Shown here: positions 38,635 to 49,282 of the stretch, one piece after another
How positions within the stretch are numbered: the stretch's first letter is position 1
Layout of the letters: each line of letters begins with the position of its first letter
Source of the DNA: Bacteriovoracia bacterium
GTDB lineage: Bacteria > Bdellovibrionota > Bacteriovoracia > Bacteriovoracales > Bacteriovoracaceae
Length of the DNA: 64,000 nt
Direction: 5' to 3'
Assembly (NCBI GenBank): GCA_046570105.1
Contig: JBKHVI010000007.1
Coordinates: 1 to 64,000 of the forward strand
Made by a program: the position numbers and the translations under genes
The notes under the pieces: generated by a model
What the model saw: only the letters and a program-made list of their open reading frames with translations
Told to the model about the DNA's origin: nothing
The model's database searches: none

Positions 38635-39528
38635 ATGCGACTCATCTTAGTTTTTTGTCTCTTACTCTCTCTCGACGCTGCGGCTCAAATTAGGCCGTTT
38701 CAAACAACACGTCTCGTCTCCACGAGTGGTGCTGGTGTTGCATCACTGCTTGTTTCAGAAACAGCTATTCTTAACCCAGCTTCTTTAGCTTTTTTCTCAG
38801 ACACTTTTGTTTCTTATCAAAACACGAACTCAGATCTTAAAAGTAAGAATGACCAACGCGACACGGACGGACGCACTTTTTCTAAAAGCAACCGTCAGGA
38901 AGGTTATTTTCTTTTTGATAATGCTTCTACCATTAAGGGTGGCTTCAGTTATCAATACCAAAAAGAAAATGGATTTCAGCGCAAACGCGGAACAGCCACC
39001 CTGGCCTCTAATTTAGGGGAGAGCATGGCTTTTGGTGTTATCTATAAATATACCGAAGATACCCGACCAGAAGAGTACAACTATCGTCACCGCGTTTCTC
39101 ACCCAGTAACTCTTGGCTTAACTTGGGTCTATATTCCTTCATTAATTTTTGGAGCAACTTGGGATGACCCAGGACGTGCAACCCCCGGTGAATCACGTGC
39201 AACGGTGGGGGCCCAGTATAACTTGACCGAAAGACTTATGATTATTTTTGATGCTGGTGGCGATCCTACAATTGATTTTTCTGACTCAAGAATTTGGCGT
39301 GGAGCTGCACAATATAACCCATTTGCAGATCTTTTTATTCGGGCAGGACGCTATCAAGATCGTGCCTTGAACTTAGAAGGTGAATCTTGGGGAGTAAGTT
39401 GGACAGGTCCAAAATTAGGCGTCGATTTTGCTATGAGAAATTCCCGGCAAATTGAAGACAAACTTGGTTTTCTCTATCGCAGAGAAAAAATTTCCGACGT
39501 TTCATTCGCTTTTAATTTGAGATTCTAA
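38635..39528 (+). CDS. Outer-membrane beta-barrel protein (FadL/PorV-like N-terminus)
   Basis: Signal peptide; GAGVA..AILNPASL hatch-like motif; amphipathic strands; terminal FNLRF. Confidence 0.65.
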   Translation: MRLILVFCLLLSLDAAAQIRPFQTTRLVSTSGAGVASLLVSETAILNPASLAFFSDTFVSYQNTNSDLKSKNDQRDTDGRTFSKSNRQEGYFLFDNASTIKGGFSYQYQKENGFQRKRGTATLASNLGESMAFGVIYKYTEDTRPEEYNYRHRVSHPVTLGLTWVYIPSLIFGATWDDPGRATPGESRATVGAQYNLTERLMIIFDAGGDPTIDFSDSRIWRGAAQYNPFADLFIRAGRYQDRALNLEGESWGVSWTGPKLGVDFAMRNSRQIEDKLGFLYRREKISDVSFAFNLRF

Positions 39529-39532
39529 ATAT

Positions 39533-39560
39533 TTAGGCCACCACCTCACTCGTTCGATAA
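39533..39560 (+). promoter_or_regulatory. sigma28/FliA-like promoter (weaker match)
   Basis: TTAGG-N16-TCGATAA. Confidence 0.45.
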
Positions 39561-39568
39561 GCCTTTAT

Positions 39569-40297
39569 ATGGCAACCGGTGGTCAGTATAAAAAGCAAGT
39601 CAAAGACGCGCTCAAAGAACGTGAGCACAAACTTATGCTCAAGCATAAGTACGATACACGCATCACCAATGTCAGGCAGGGAAAAGAAGCATTTGCGAAA
39701 GGTGATTTTGTTACAGCAATTCGTCGCTATACTGAATACCTAGAAACTGTTGCGGAAGTGAATCGCATTCCTAATATCTATGAAATTAGGCCCGCGCACT
39801 TTGATAAAAATAAAGACATTACTGAAATGCTGATGATCAGCCATCTCTACTTTGAGTTAGCCAAGGTTTACGATGCTACCGGTAAATTTGATGATGATGT
39901 AAAAAAATCACTCGAACAGTTTGTGCTTTTTACGGCGAATCAACCTTATCAAGTGGTAAATTCTGAAATGTGTCGGAAGCATTTGAAAAAGTTCAGATTT
40001 CGACAACATCAAGTTTTCTTTGATGCCTATCAACAGATCTTTGTTAAATCTCGTAAGTGTTTTATCGCGACTCATTGTTTTGGTGAGGAGCATTCGACGA
40101 CGCAAAACCTACGATTGTTTAAAATCTGGCTACAGGCACAACCTGGTGGCATCTCTCTTATAGATCTTTACTACCGTCTATCAACCCGCTGGCTCAGGAT
40201 TATTGAACGCCATCCAGGATTAGATCGCTTTAGTACACCTTTGTTTCGTTGTTTTTTAAGTTGGTTCTCAAGCGGCCCGCTCAAACGTATACTTTGA
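39569..40297 (+). CDS. TPR-like protein with C-terminal CFI-box-CTERM domain
   Basis: Helical-repeat N-terminus (GKEAFAKGDFVTAIRRY); CFIATHCFG..LR.F...L...GG...I..YY..S. Confidence 0.75.
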   Translation: MATGGQYKKQVKDALKEREHKLMLKHKYDTRITNVRQGKEAFAKGDFVTAIRRYTEYLETVAEVNRIPNIYEIRPAHFDKNKDITEMLMISHLYFELAKVYDATGKFDDDVKKSLEQFVLFTANQPYQVVNSEMCRKHLKKFRFRQHQVFFDAYQQIFVKSRKCFIATHCFGEEHSTTQNLRLFKIWLQAQPGGISLIDLYYRLSTRWLRIIERHPGLDRFSTPLFRCFLSWFSSGPLKRIL

Positions 40298-40299
40298 TC

Positions 40300-41394
40300 A
40301 TGAGTCTACTCACTCGTTTATTTGTTGGCGGATGGTTTAAGTCACTATTAGGTGCACTAATCGCACTTTTAATGCTTATTACCAGTGCCGATATCATTAA
40401 TGGTTTTTTACGTGGCAAAGACAGCGAACGAGTTTTACTTGAATGGCTTTTAAAAATGCCAGACCTCGCCGGAAAAATGCTTCCCGTAACTTGTCTAATC
40501 GCAACTCTCTTCACATTTAATAAACTTAAATCTCATAACGAACTCATTGCGGGACTTGCCGCCGGTTTTTCGCATCTTAGAATAACTATAATTATCGGTG
40601 TCTGTTCACTCGCTGTGGTCGGCACTCAATTTTTTAATCTTGGTTTCATTGAGCCTTTTGCTAATAAAATTAAACGACAAGAAATAGAAAGAAGCCGCGA
40701 GTATGAGGGAAAATATCTCACTCGCAGTATGGCCGACGGTGGGCAGTTTTGGTTTAAATCCAAAGATTATTTCGCCACTTTTTTACAGTTTGATAAAAAG
40801 AAAAAAACCTTATCGAATATTCGATTTTATTACCATACTGCTGAGGGCATCACGACTCGTGTGTTGACGGCTGACAAGGCCACCTATCTGCAAGGTAATC
40901 TGTGGAGCCTAGAAAATGCACACACACTAGAAGATTTAACGGGAAGCCGGTTTCCGCGCCAAAGTGTCTTACCCAAACAAGAATTGGCCCTCAATGAAAC
41001 ACCTGAAGACTTTGGGGAATTTGAAGCTGATTTAACAACATTGAATTGGTTCAGCTTGAATGAGTTTGTGAATAAAATTGCTGAAACCGGTATCAATACC
41101 AACGAATATAAAATTATTTTGCATCAAAAACTTGCTCTCTCACTCGCCTGCTTAGTTTTTGCGCTTATCCCCATTGGCGCCATGTATAAACCCAGCCGTC
41201 GGTCTGACTCATTTGGCAAAAACGTCGCCATCACCCTCGTTTTGACCGTTGTTTTTTGGGTGAGTTTTTCGGCTTCCTTATCATACGGCCAAAGTGGCAA
41301 AATTCCGTCTTGGCTTGCTGCTTATATGGTACCCGGATCCTTCCTCGCTTATTCGATTTGGACATACATTCGTAATCGGAAACTCGCGTTTTAA
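40300..41394 (+). CDS. LptF/LptG-family LPS export permease
   Basis: 6 TMs, LPVTCLIA, NELIAGLAAGFS, beta-jellyroll periplasmic part, G.IPSWLAAY.P; ATG 40300. Confidence 0.85.
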   Translation: MSLLTRLFVGGWFKSLLGALIALLMLITSADIINGFLRGKDSERVLLEWLLKMPDLAGKMLPVTCLIATLFTFNKLKSHNELIAGLAAGFSHLRITIIIGVCSLAVVGTQFFNLGFIEPFANKIKRQEIERSREYEGKYLTRSMADGGQFWFKSKDYFATFLQFDKKKKTLSNIRFYYHTAEGITTRVLTADKATYLQGNLWSLENAHTLEDLTGSRFPRQSVLPKQELALNETPEDFGEFEADLTTLNWFSLNEFVNKIAETGINTNEYKIILHQKLALSLACLVFALIPIGAMYKPSRRSDSFGKNVAITLVLTVVFWVSFSASLSYGQSGKIPSWLAAYMVPGSFLAYSIWTYIRNRKLAF

Positions 41395-41422
41395 TCCCTC
41401 TCTGAACATGCTATAAAAAAGC

Positions 41423-41998
41423 ATGATTTTGGAAAATTATCGCCTAGAGGGAGAACTGCTCCCCATCTATACCTATCCAGAGCCAATTTTGGCGCAGGTG
41501 GCCAAGCCTGTGACGAAATTTGATAAAGAGTTAGCAACTCTTGTTCAGAATATGCTCTACACCATGTACCACGCGCCAGGCATTGGTCTGGCCGCCCCTC
41601 AAGTTGGAATATCAATTCGTATGTTTGTCGTTGATATCGACTTCGAGCGCGAAGAAGTAACCCGGGCCGACGGCAAAGAAGAGATGGAGTTTACCAATCT
41701 CAATCCGATGGTTTTCATCAATCCCGTATTCACAAAAAAAACGGGAGAGACTATCGGCAAAGAAGGTTGCTTGAGTGTTCCTGATGTTTATGAAGAAATC
41801 ACGAGAGCTGAACAAATTGTTGTTGAATACCAAGACCTCAAAGGTGAAAAGCGAACGCTTGAAGCAGACGATCTCCTCGCCGTTTGCTTGCAACACGAAA
41901 ATGATCATCTCGACGGCGTCGTTCTTATTGATCGCCTTAGTCCTTTGAAGAAAAAGTTTTTTAAAACAAAACTCTTAAAAGATAAAAAACGCCTTTAG
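41423..41998 (+). CDS. def: Peptide deformylase
   Basis: GIGLAAPQVG, EGCLS, QHENDHLDG. Confidence 0.97.
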   Translation: MILENYRLEGELLPIYTYPEPILAQVAKPVTKFDKELATLVQNMLYTMYHAPGIGLAAPQVGISIRMFVVDIDFEREEVTRADGKEEMEFTNLNPMVFINPVFTKKTGETIGKEGCLSVPDVYEEITRAEQIVVEYQDLKGEKRTLEADDLLAVCLQHENDHLDGVVLIDRLSPLKKKFFKTKLLKDKKRL

Positions 41999-42004
41999 CG
42001 AAGG

Positions 42005-42964
42005 ATGTGCGTGAAAAAACTTAAGACAGTTTTTTTTGGTACGCCGGATTTTGCCGTCGCGACCCTTGAACTTTTAGCGCATCATCCACTTATTGAAGTT
42101 GTGGCGGTTGTTTCTATGCCGGATCGTCCAGCAGGACGCGGACAAGAGTTAAAGTCTCCTGAGGTCATCCAATTTGCTCGCGAGCAGAAATTCAAATTAG
42201 TTCAAACTGAAAACATTAATAAAGAAACAGAAATTTTGTCTCAATGGGAAAGCGACGGTGTTGATCTCATGATCGTACTCGCCTTCGCTCAATTCCTAGG
42301 TGATCGTATTTTAAAACTTCCAAAACTTGGCTGTTATAATATTCACACATCACTTCTCCCCAAATATCGAGGAGCTGCTCCCATCCAGTACGCACTCTGG
42401 AATGGTGACAAAAGTACCGGCGTTTCTATCCAGAAGATGGTTAAGAAAATGGATGCCGGTGATATTGTACACTCCCATCCAGTAAACATCTCGTCGACAG
42501 AGACCGGTGGACAACTGACAACTCGCCTTAAAATGCAGGCCGCACTGGCTTGCAACGATTTCATCGAAAACCTTATCTCTGCTAAAATTAATACTGTATC
42601 TCAAGACGAGGCAGGCGTGAGCTTTGCTCCTACTCTTAAAAAAGAAGATGGCTATTTAGATTTTGCGCAACAAAACTCAGAGCAACTTATCAACCGTTTA
42701 CGCGCGATGGATCCTTGGCCGGGAACATATTGTTTCGTTGATGGCAAAAGACTCAAAGTACTTCAACTTGAAAAAATCTCTGCAGCAGTAAAGGCTGGTG
42801 AGATTAAAAATCACATGAATACACTTGTTGTTGGATGCTTGGATGGAGCTCTTCGTCTTGGTCGCATCCAATTAGAAGGCAAAAAAGCTAGCACAGATAC
42901 TGAGCTTCTAAACGGTTGGCGTTCCGAACTTAAACTGACCTCGCCTCTCAAGGAGAAGCCATGA
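42005..42964 (+). CDS. fmt: Methionyl-tRNA formyltransferase
   Basis: FGTPDFA, PDRPAGRG, NIHTSLLPKYRGAAPIQ, MDAG, PWP; start may be GTG 42011. Confidence 0.96.
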   Translation: MCVKKLKTVFFGTPDFAVATLELLAHHPLIEVVAVVSMPDRPAGRGQELKSPEVIQFAREQKFKLVQTENINKETEILSQWESDGVDLMIVLAFAQFLGDRILKLPKLGCYNIHTSLLPKYRGAAPIQYALWNGDKSTGVSIQKMVKKMDAGDIVHSHPVNISSTETGGQLTTRLKMQAALACNDFIENLISAKINTVSQDEAGVSFAPTLKKEDGYLDFAQQNSEQLINRLRAMDPWPGTYCFVDGKRLKVLQLEKISAAVKAGEIKNHMNTLVVGCLDGALRLGRIQLEGKKASTDTELLNGWRSELKLTSPLKEKP

Positions 42965-43608
42965 TTATTGCTCCAAGTTTATTATCAGCAGACTTTCTTG
43001 ATCTCAAAACAGAACTTCAGCGTTTCGAGGGTGAGAAAGATTTGTGGATTCATCTTGATGTGATGGATGGCCACTTTGTACCAAACCTTACTTTCGGCCC
43101 AACAGTTCTAAAAAATATAAGAAAAATTACGAAGCATCCGCTAGATGCTCACTTCATGGTGACGAATCCCGAAGATCATCTCGAATGGTTTAAGGATGTG
43201 GGACTTCACAACTTCACATTTCACTGGGAAGCTGTGACCCATCATGATCGTTTTATTCAAAAGGCGAAGGGACTTTATCCATCAGTTGGTATCTCGCTTA
43301 ATCCCTCAACGCCGGTTAATCAAATTCCTCACTACCTTCTCAAACAGATTGATCTCGTTTTGCTTATGTCGGTTAATCCTGGGTTTGGTGGACAGTCATT
43401 TATCGCTGCAGTAGAGGATAAAATTAAAGAGCTCGCAAAAATTCGCACACAGTACGGAATGAATTTTCAAATTCAAGTTGACGGTGGAGTGACAGACCAA
43501 AATGCCAAATCATTGGCAACAGCTGGCGCTAACAATTTAGTCGCTGGATCATTTGTATTTGCAGAACCACAAAAAAACTACGGAACAAGAATTGCGCAAT
43601 TGCGCTAG
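42961..43608 (+). CDS. rpe: Ribulose-phosphate 3-epimerase
   Basis: APSLLSADF, HLDVMDGHFVPN, MSVNPGFGGQ, VDGG. Confidence 0.96.
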   Translation: MIIAPSLLSADFLDLKTELQRFEGEKDLWIHLDVMDGHFVPNLTFGPTVLKNIRKITKHPLDAHFMVTNPEDHLEWFKDVGLHNFTFHWEAVTHHDRFIQKAKGLYPSVGISLNPSTPVNQIPHYLLKQIDLVLLMSVNPGFGGQSFIAAVEDKIKELAKIRTQYGMNFQIQVDGGVTDQNAKSLATAGANNLVAGSFVFAEPQKNYGTRIAQLR

Positions 43609-43614
43609 GAACAC

Positions 43615-45153
43615 ATGAAAAAATTTGAACTCAACGGAACTAATCTCACCCTAAAGGGCCTCTACCATATTGCGACTGCCAAGAAAGGTGATATTCATCT
43701 TTCAATTGCTCCTACAGCATGGGAGGGAATGAAAAAATCACGTCAGATCGTTCTCGATATTGTGAAGAAGGGAAAACCTGTTTACGGAATTAACACTGGA
43801 TTTGGTGCTCTTGCTTCAAAACAAATTGCAGAAGCTGACCTCGCTCAACTTCAATACAATCTTATTCGTTCACACTGTACGGGCGTAGGAAGTCCTTTTA
43901 GTCGTGATGTCTCTCGCGCGATTATGATATCTCGCGCGAACTGTTTAATTCAAGGATACAGCGGCGTAACCCCTGAAACTGTTAAACTCCTTCTGGATAT
44001 GATTAATCACGGCATTACCCCTGTTATTCCAGAAAAGGGATCAGTCGGAGCCTCGGGTGACCTCGCCCCTCTTTCACACGTTGCTCTTGCTTTAATCGGT
44101 GAAGGTGAAGTTGAGTTTGAAGGAAAAATTGTTCGTGCAGATTTTGCTCTTCATCAAGTCGGCCTTGAGCCAGCGAAGCTTGGACCGAAAGACGGCCTTG
44201 CCTTAATCAACGGCACATCAGTCATGCTTGCATTAGGCGCAATGGCCGTTATTGATACAGAAAATATCATGAAACAAGCCGACATCATCAGCTGTCTCAC
44301 ACTAGATGCTGTACGTGGGACACCTTCGGCTTTTGATGCTCGCATTTCAAAACTCAAACCACAACCTGGGCAAGTTGATGTCAGCTTTAACCTACTCAAA
44401 ATTATTACTGGATCTGAGATTATCAACTCCCATCCTGACGACGGAAAAGTTCAGGATCCCTATTCACTTCGCTGTATCCCTCAAGTTCATGGGGCCTGTC
44501 GACAAACTCTTCGTCATGCAACTGAAGTGATAGAAATTGAGCTAAATTCTGTAACTGATAATCCTTTAGTCTTTCCCGACACAGGGGATGTCGTTAGCGG
44601 TGGAAATTTTCACGGAGAAGCACTCGCGCTCTGTTTGGATTATTTGGCGATGGGTGTATCTGAAATTGGTAACATCGCTGAACGAAGAGTTGAGAAGATG
44701 ATGAATCCTCACTTTTCTGATCTTCCGGCATTTCTGACGATGAACTCTGGCTTGAATTCGGGCCTGATGATTGCACATGTAACCATGGCTGCTCTTGCTT
44801 CTGAAAATAAAGGTCTCTGTCATCCAGCAAGCGTCGACTCAATACCGACTTCCACTGATAAGGAAGATCATGTCTCCATGGGCGTGACCGCGGGAAGAAA
44901 ACTTCATGAAGTTATCAAGAACGTTCAACACTGCCTTGCCATTGAACTGCTTTGTAATACCCAAGGCCTTGAGTTTTTGCGACCACTCAAAACCTCACCC
45001 GCCTTAGAAAAAGTTGTAACACTCGTTAGAAAACATGTGCCACCAATTGTAGAAGATCGAATCTTTTATAAAGATATTGAGCGTTTAACCCAACTGGTAC
45101 AAAACGCAGAAATTATTACCGAAGTTGAAACCATCACCGGCCAACTTCGCTAA
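43615..45153 (+). CDS. hutH: Histidine ammonia-lyase
   Basis: [20 protein letters not shown] (MIO), [21 protein letters not shown]. Confidence 0.95.
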   Translation: MKKFELNGTNLTLKGLYHIATAKKGDIHLSIAPTAWEGMKKSRQIVLDIVKKGKPVYGINTGFGALASKQIAEADLAQLQYNLIRSHCTGVGSPFSRDVSRAIMISRANCLIQGYSGVTPETVKLLLDMINHGITPVIPEKGSVGASGDLAPLSHVALALIGEGEVEFEGKIVRADFALHQVGLEPAKLGPKDGLALINGTSVMLALGAMAVIDTENIMKQADIISCLTLDAVRGTPSAFDARISKLKPQPGQVDVSFNLLKIITGSEIINSHPDDGKVQDPYSLRCIPQVHGACRQTLRHATEVIEIELNSVTDNPLVFPDTGDVVSGGNFHGEALALCLDYLAMGVSEIGNIAERRVEKMMNPHFSDLPAFLTMNSGLNSGLMIAHVTMAALASENKGLCHPASVDSIPTSTDKEDHVSMGVTAGRKLHEVIKNVQHCLAIELLCNTQGLEFLRPLKTSPALEKVVTLVRKHVPPIVEDRIFYKDIERLTQLVQNAEIITEVETITGQLR

Positions 45154-45164
45154 GGAGAAATTGT

Positions 45165-46820
45165 ATGCAAATTCCATTACCACCTACAGGTGATAAATTA
45201 ACATGTAAGGGTTGGCACCAAGAAGCGGCTCTTCGCTGTCTCCTCAATAATCTCCATCCAGAAGTAGCCGAGGATCGTGACAACTTGATTGTCTATGGTG
45301 GAAACGGAAAAGCGGCTCGTAATCCAAAAGCACTTAAAGATCTCATTCATACTTTGCAAAATCTTGAAAACGACGAAACTCTCATTGTTCAATCTGGTAA
45401 ACCTGTTGCGGTTTTTCCTTCTAACCCTCAAGGCCCGCGTGTGCTTATTGCTAACTCAAACCTTGTGCCGAAGTGGGCGACCTGGGATCATTTCAATAAG
45501 CTCGATGCTGAAGGCCTTATGATGTACGGCCAGATGACGGCTGGTTCTTGGATTTATATCGGATCACAAGGAATTATCCAGGGTACCTACGAAACATTTA
45601 TGGCAGCAGCTCGCAAGCACTACGGCGAAGGCAAGACACTCAAGGGTAAACTCGTACTCACCGGTGGTATTGGCGGCATGGGCGGTGCTCAACCTCTCGC
45701 AGTCAAAATGGCGGATGGTGTTTGCTTAGCTTGTGATATTGACCCGACCAGAATTGAAAAGCGTTTAAAAATTAAATATCTTGATGTGCTAGCAAAGAAT
45801 TTCGATGAAGCCATTGAGCTTTCACTTAAGGCCAAAGCCGATGGTGAAGCTATTTCAATCGGTGTCGTTGGAAACGCTGCTGACTTCTTTAAGTACGTTT
45901 TAGAGAAGGGTATTGTTCCCGATCTTGTAACCGACCAAACTTCTGCTCATGATCCACTGAACGGCTATGTACCAGCGGGCATGACCTTGGCCGAAGCCAA
46001 TGAGCTTCGACAGTCAAATCCCAAAAAATACTCTGAGCTCTCTCTCAAGACGATGGGTGACCATGTCCTTGCCATGTTGGAGTTCCAAAAGAAAGGTTCA
46101 CACGTCTTTGATTACGGAAACAACTTGCGCGAAGGCGCACGTCTAGCTGGCGTAAGCAATGCGTTTGATTTCCCTGGTTTTGTTCCCGCCTATATTCGCC
46201 CACTTTTCTGTGAAGGTTCTGGCCCCTTCCGCTGGGTAGCACTTTCTGGGGATCCCGAAGACATTCGAGTAACCGATAAGGCGTTAATGGAACTCTTTCC
46301 TGAGAATAAATCGATGATTAACTGGCTTGAGAAGGCCGGTAAAATGATTTCATTCCAAGGCATCCCCTCTCGGATTTGTTGGCTCAAGTACGGTGACCGT
46401 GAAAAGGCAGCACTCCTCTTCAACAAATTAGTAAGAGAAAAGAAAGTGAAAGCACCTATCGTTATCGGACGTGACCATCTCGATTGCGGCTCGGTGGCTT
46501 CTCCTAATCGCGAAACAGAATCTATGAAGGATGGCAGCGATGCTGTCTCTGATTGGCCTTTGCTAAATGCTATGATCAATATTAATAACGGCGCTTCTTG
46601 GATTTCACTCCATCATGGGGGCGGAGTTGGGATGGGATATTCACAACACTCTGGTATGGTAATTCTTTGTGATGGAACACCTGAAATGGATGTAAGACTT
46701 TCTCGAGTATTGAATTCAGATTCAGGAATGGGAATTGTCCGTCATGCTGACGCTGGCTATGACATTGCTCTTAACATTGCCAAATCCCCTAATACAAAAA
46801 TCAAATTTCCATCACTATAG
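45165..46820 (+). CDS. hutU: Urocanate hydratase
   Basis: [43 protein letters not shown]. Confidence 0.97.
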   Translation: MQIPLPPTGDKLTCKGWHQEAALRCLLNNLHPEVAEDRDNLIVYGGNGKAARNPKALKDLIHTLQNLENDETLIVQSGKPVAVFPSNPQGPRVLIANSNLVPKWATWDHFNKLDAEGLMMYGQMTAGSWIYIGSQGIIQGTYETFMAAARKHYGEGKTLKGKLVLTGGIGGMGGAQPLAVKMADGVCLACDIDPTRIEKRLKIKYLDVLAKNFDEAIELSLKAKADGEAISIGVVGNAADFFKYVLEKGIVPDLVTDQTSAHDPLNGYVPAGMTLAEANELRQSNPKKYSELSLKTMGDHVLAMLEFQKKGSHVFDYGNNLREGARLAGVSNAFDFPGFVPAYIRPLFCEGSGPFRWVALSGDPEDIRVTDKALMELFPENKSMINWLEKAGKMISFQGIPSRICWLKYGDREKAALLFNKLVREKKVKAPIVIGRDHLDCGSVASPNRETESMKDGSDAVSDWPLLNAMININNGASWISLHHGGGVGMGYSQHSGMVILCDGTPEMDVRLSRVLNSDSGMGIVRHADAGYDIALNIAKSPNTKIKFPSL

Positions 46821-46826
46821 GTTTAT

Positions 46827-47243
46827 ATGAAGTTTTTATTTTTAATCATTATGCTGTCTGGTTGCGCACACAAAGAAATGAATGAAAAACGTGCGGCCAA
46901 AATGTGTCGAAAAATTTATGGGCCGGCACAAAAGCTTCCAAAGAACTTACCAACACCGCTTGTTAAGTTTCGTGCTGACGTTGAGGAAATCATTTTAAAT
47001 TGCTATCGCGATTATACAGACAACACCAAAGACCCACGCGATTACGTCTCATGTTCAATGACAACCTTGGCACCCAAGTCTAGACCGAGACTCACTATTT
47101 TAAGTACCCAGGAAATGCTCCTTCCTGAAATTGTCATCCAGTGTGCCAATCAGAAGTTTTCCAAGCTCAAGAATGCCCCAAAAGTAAACAAACCCATTCG
47201 CTTAGAGCAAGTCTTTCATCACATCATTGCCATCAAAGGTTGA
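46827..47243 (+). CDS. Hypothetical lipoprotein (possible AgmX/PglI/TonB-C-like domain)
   Basis: Lipobox LSGC; I..CY...C...F pattern; sits between hutU and hutI. Confidence 0.55.
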   Translation: MKFLFLIIMLSGCAHKEMNEKRAAKMCRKIYGPAQKLPKNLPTPLVKFRADVEEIILNCYRDYTDNTKDPRDYVSCSMTTLAPKSRPRLTILSTQEMLLPEIVIQCANQKFSKLKNAPKVNKPIRLEQVFHHIIAIKG

Positions 47244-47244
47244 A

Positions 47245-48459
47245 ATGAAAGTATATCGCCATCTTTCTCAAATCGTTACTTTGGATTCGGCTCTTAAAAA
47301 AGATGGCCGACGACTTAGTCCCGATGACTTGAGTGTTATTTCGGATGGTGCAATTGCTTTTGATAATAACGAAATCCTTTGGGTTGGAAATTCAGTCGAT
47401 TTACCGGCCCCTTTTCTAAAAGGGGAAATCATCGATCTTCCAGGTCACGTTCTTACTCCTGGGCTTGTCGACTCTCACACACACTTGTTGTTTGGCGGTA
47501 ATCGAGCACGTGAATACTCTCAGCGACTTAACGGTGTCGATTATCAGGCGATCGCAAAATCAGGTGGTGGAATCCTCTACACCATGAATGAGACTCTCAA
47601 ACTGAGCGAGGATCAACTTTTTGAAATCGGCACTGAGCGAGTTATTCGTCTGGAATCATACGGCATCAAAACTATTGAGATGAAGTCTGGATATGCCCTA
47701 ACCCAAGAGGGTGAGCTTCGCTTATTAAGAACGGCCAAAAGGCTTAAAGAGTATTTCGCTGGTCGCGTACGAATTTTCTCTACCTATCTTGGTGCTCACG
47801 CAGTCCCAGCGGGCTTTAAGAGTTCTGCCACATTTATTGATGAAGTTGTTATACCTACTCTTAAAATCGCTTGTAATGAACAGCTCGTTGATGGTGTCGA
47901 TATATTTGCTGAGCAAGGTTATTTCTCAGCGCAAGATGTAGAAAAATTATTCGAATGTGCCAAAGCACTTTCACTGCCCACAAAAATTCATGCTGATGAA
48001 TTCAACGATAACGGCGGTGCCAGCCTTGCCGCTCGCCATCAGTCACTAAGTGCGGATCATCTTCTTAAGATAAGCGACAAAGGCATTTCTGATTTAGCAA
48101 ACTCTATGACCGTGGCCACACTACTTCCTGGTACCGCATTTTTTTTAGGCAAACCATTGGCCCCTGCGCGAACAATGCTCGATGCTGGATGCAAGGTTGC
48201 GCTTGCTAGTGATTACAACCCGGGTTCATCCCACGTCGACAATCTACTATTAGTTGCTTCTCTTGCGGCCCCTTCACTTAAACTTAACCAAGCTGAGTTG
48301 TGGGCAGCTATTACACTCAATGCGTCTGCAGCATTAGGCTTTTTTGATCAAGGTGCTATTGCCGTTGGTAAAAAACCAACATTTGCACTCTTTCGTGTAA
48401 CTGATATTTCGGAAGTGACTTATAGTTGGGGTCGCAATCTAAGTGTCATTTGCCCTTAA
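47245..48459 (+). CDS. hutI: Imidazolonepropionase
   Basis: PGLVDSHTH, GGGI, EMKSGY, GAHA, HADE, ADHL, SDYNPGS; ATG 47245. Confidence 0.95.
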   Translation: MKVYRHLSQIVTLDSALKKDGRRLSPDDLSVISDGAIAFDNNEILWVGNSVDLPAPFLKGEIIDLPGHVLTPGLVDSHTHLLFGGNRAREYSQRLNGVDYQAIAKSGGGILYTMNETLKLSEDQLFEIGTERVIRLESYGIKTIEMKSGYALTQEGELRLLRTAKRLKEYFAGRVRIFSTYLGAHAVPAGFKSSATFIDEVVIPTLKIACNEQLVDGVDIFAEQGYFSAQDVEKLFECAKALSLPTKIHADEFNDNGGASLAARHQSLSADHLLKISDKGISDLANSMTVATLLPGTAFFLGKPLAPARTMLDAGCKVALASDYNPGSSHVDNLLLVASLAAPSLKLNQAELWAAITLNASAALGFFDQGAIAVGKKPTFALFRVTDISEVTYSWGRNLSVICP

Positions 48460-49000
48460 GGGCATCTTCAACTTTTGCGATAAAATCTTTTGCCATAAAG
48501 TCATGGCCCTTATTGGATGTATGAATCAGTTTGCCCTTCACATACACTAATGAAAATGGGTAGGCGGCTACCAAGAATTTATCGCTGATTTCCGACATCG
48601 GATCAATCACGTGGTGAAAGTCGAGACCATACTTTTTCTTGGTCTTCTCAATCGCAACGAGAGGATCTTCTTCGTCACCGTTAATTCCAACAATTGATGC
48701 CTTTTCGCCAAACTTCTTTTGAAATGCAGTTAGAGAAGGAAATTCCTTAAGACAAGGAAGACACCAACTGGCCCAAAAATTAACCACCACGACCGGTGAC
48801 TGCAACGTTTTAAGTTCTAGATTTTGCTTATCGATTGTTTGAAATTTTGATTCCTGAAAGAGTGACTCAAAAAGCTGGTCTTTGCTTTTCTCAACCTTAA
48901 CCTGTTGAGCGTTAAGAATCGGGGAATTCCATAGAATTTGAGTGGCAAGAAAGCCAAAAAAGCCCATGGCCAAGATGATTGTAGGAAGAAACTTCTTCAT
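48446..49000 (-). CDS. TlpA/ResA-like thiol-disulfide oxidoreductase
   Basis: N-terminal anchor; VNFWASWCLPC..EFP; YP. Confidence 0.9.
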   Translation of the reverse strand: MKKFLPTIILAMGFFGFLATQILWNSPILNAQQVKVEKSKDQLFESLFQESKFQTIDKQNLELKTLQSPVVVVNFWASWCLPCLKEFPSLTAFQKKFGEKASIVGINGDEEDPLVAIEKTKKKYGLDFHHVIDPMSEISDKFLVAAYPFSLVYVKGKLIHTSNKGHDFMAKDFIAKVEDALKGK

Positions 49001-49048
49001 TGGAATTAACCTCTGACGCTATAATAATAGCAGAGACGGAGGTTGACC

Positions 49049-49258
49049 ATGCAGTCGGGGCAAATCCTACCAGAGGATCCAAAAAAAAATAACCAAAGCG
49101 GTCAGACTTTAGTGGAGTTCGCTCTGCTACTCCTCGTCATTGCCACAATTTCCTTTGGCTTTATCGCAGTAACCAATCGAAATCTCGCCAAATACTGGAC
49201 CGCTTATGCGCGCCTCATCGTGGACGACCCATCTCAAGACGGTATTATTAATCTCTAA
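49049..49258 (+). CDS. Small TadE/Flp-like prepilin (class III signal)
   Basis: KKNNQSG|QTLVEFALLLLVI with G-1, E+5 and hydrophobic helix; GGAGG RBS. Confidence 0.7.
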   Translation: MQSGQILPEDPKKNNQSGQTLVEFALLLLVIATISFGFIAVTNRNLAKYWTAYARLIVDDPSQDGIINL

Positions 49259-49282
49259 AATAGTTTTTCCAAAGGTGGCCTT

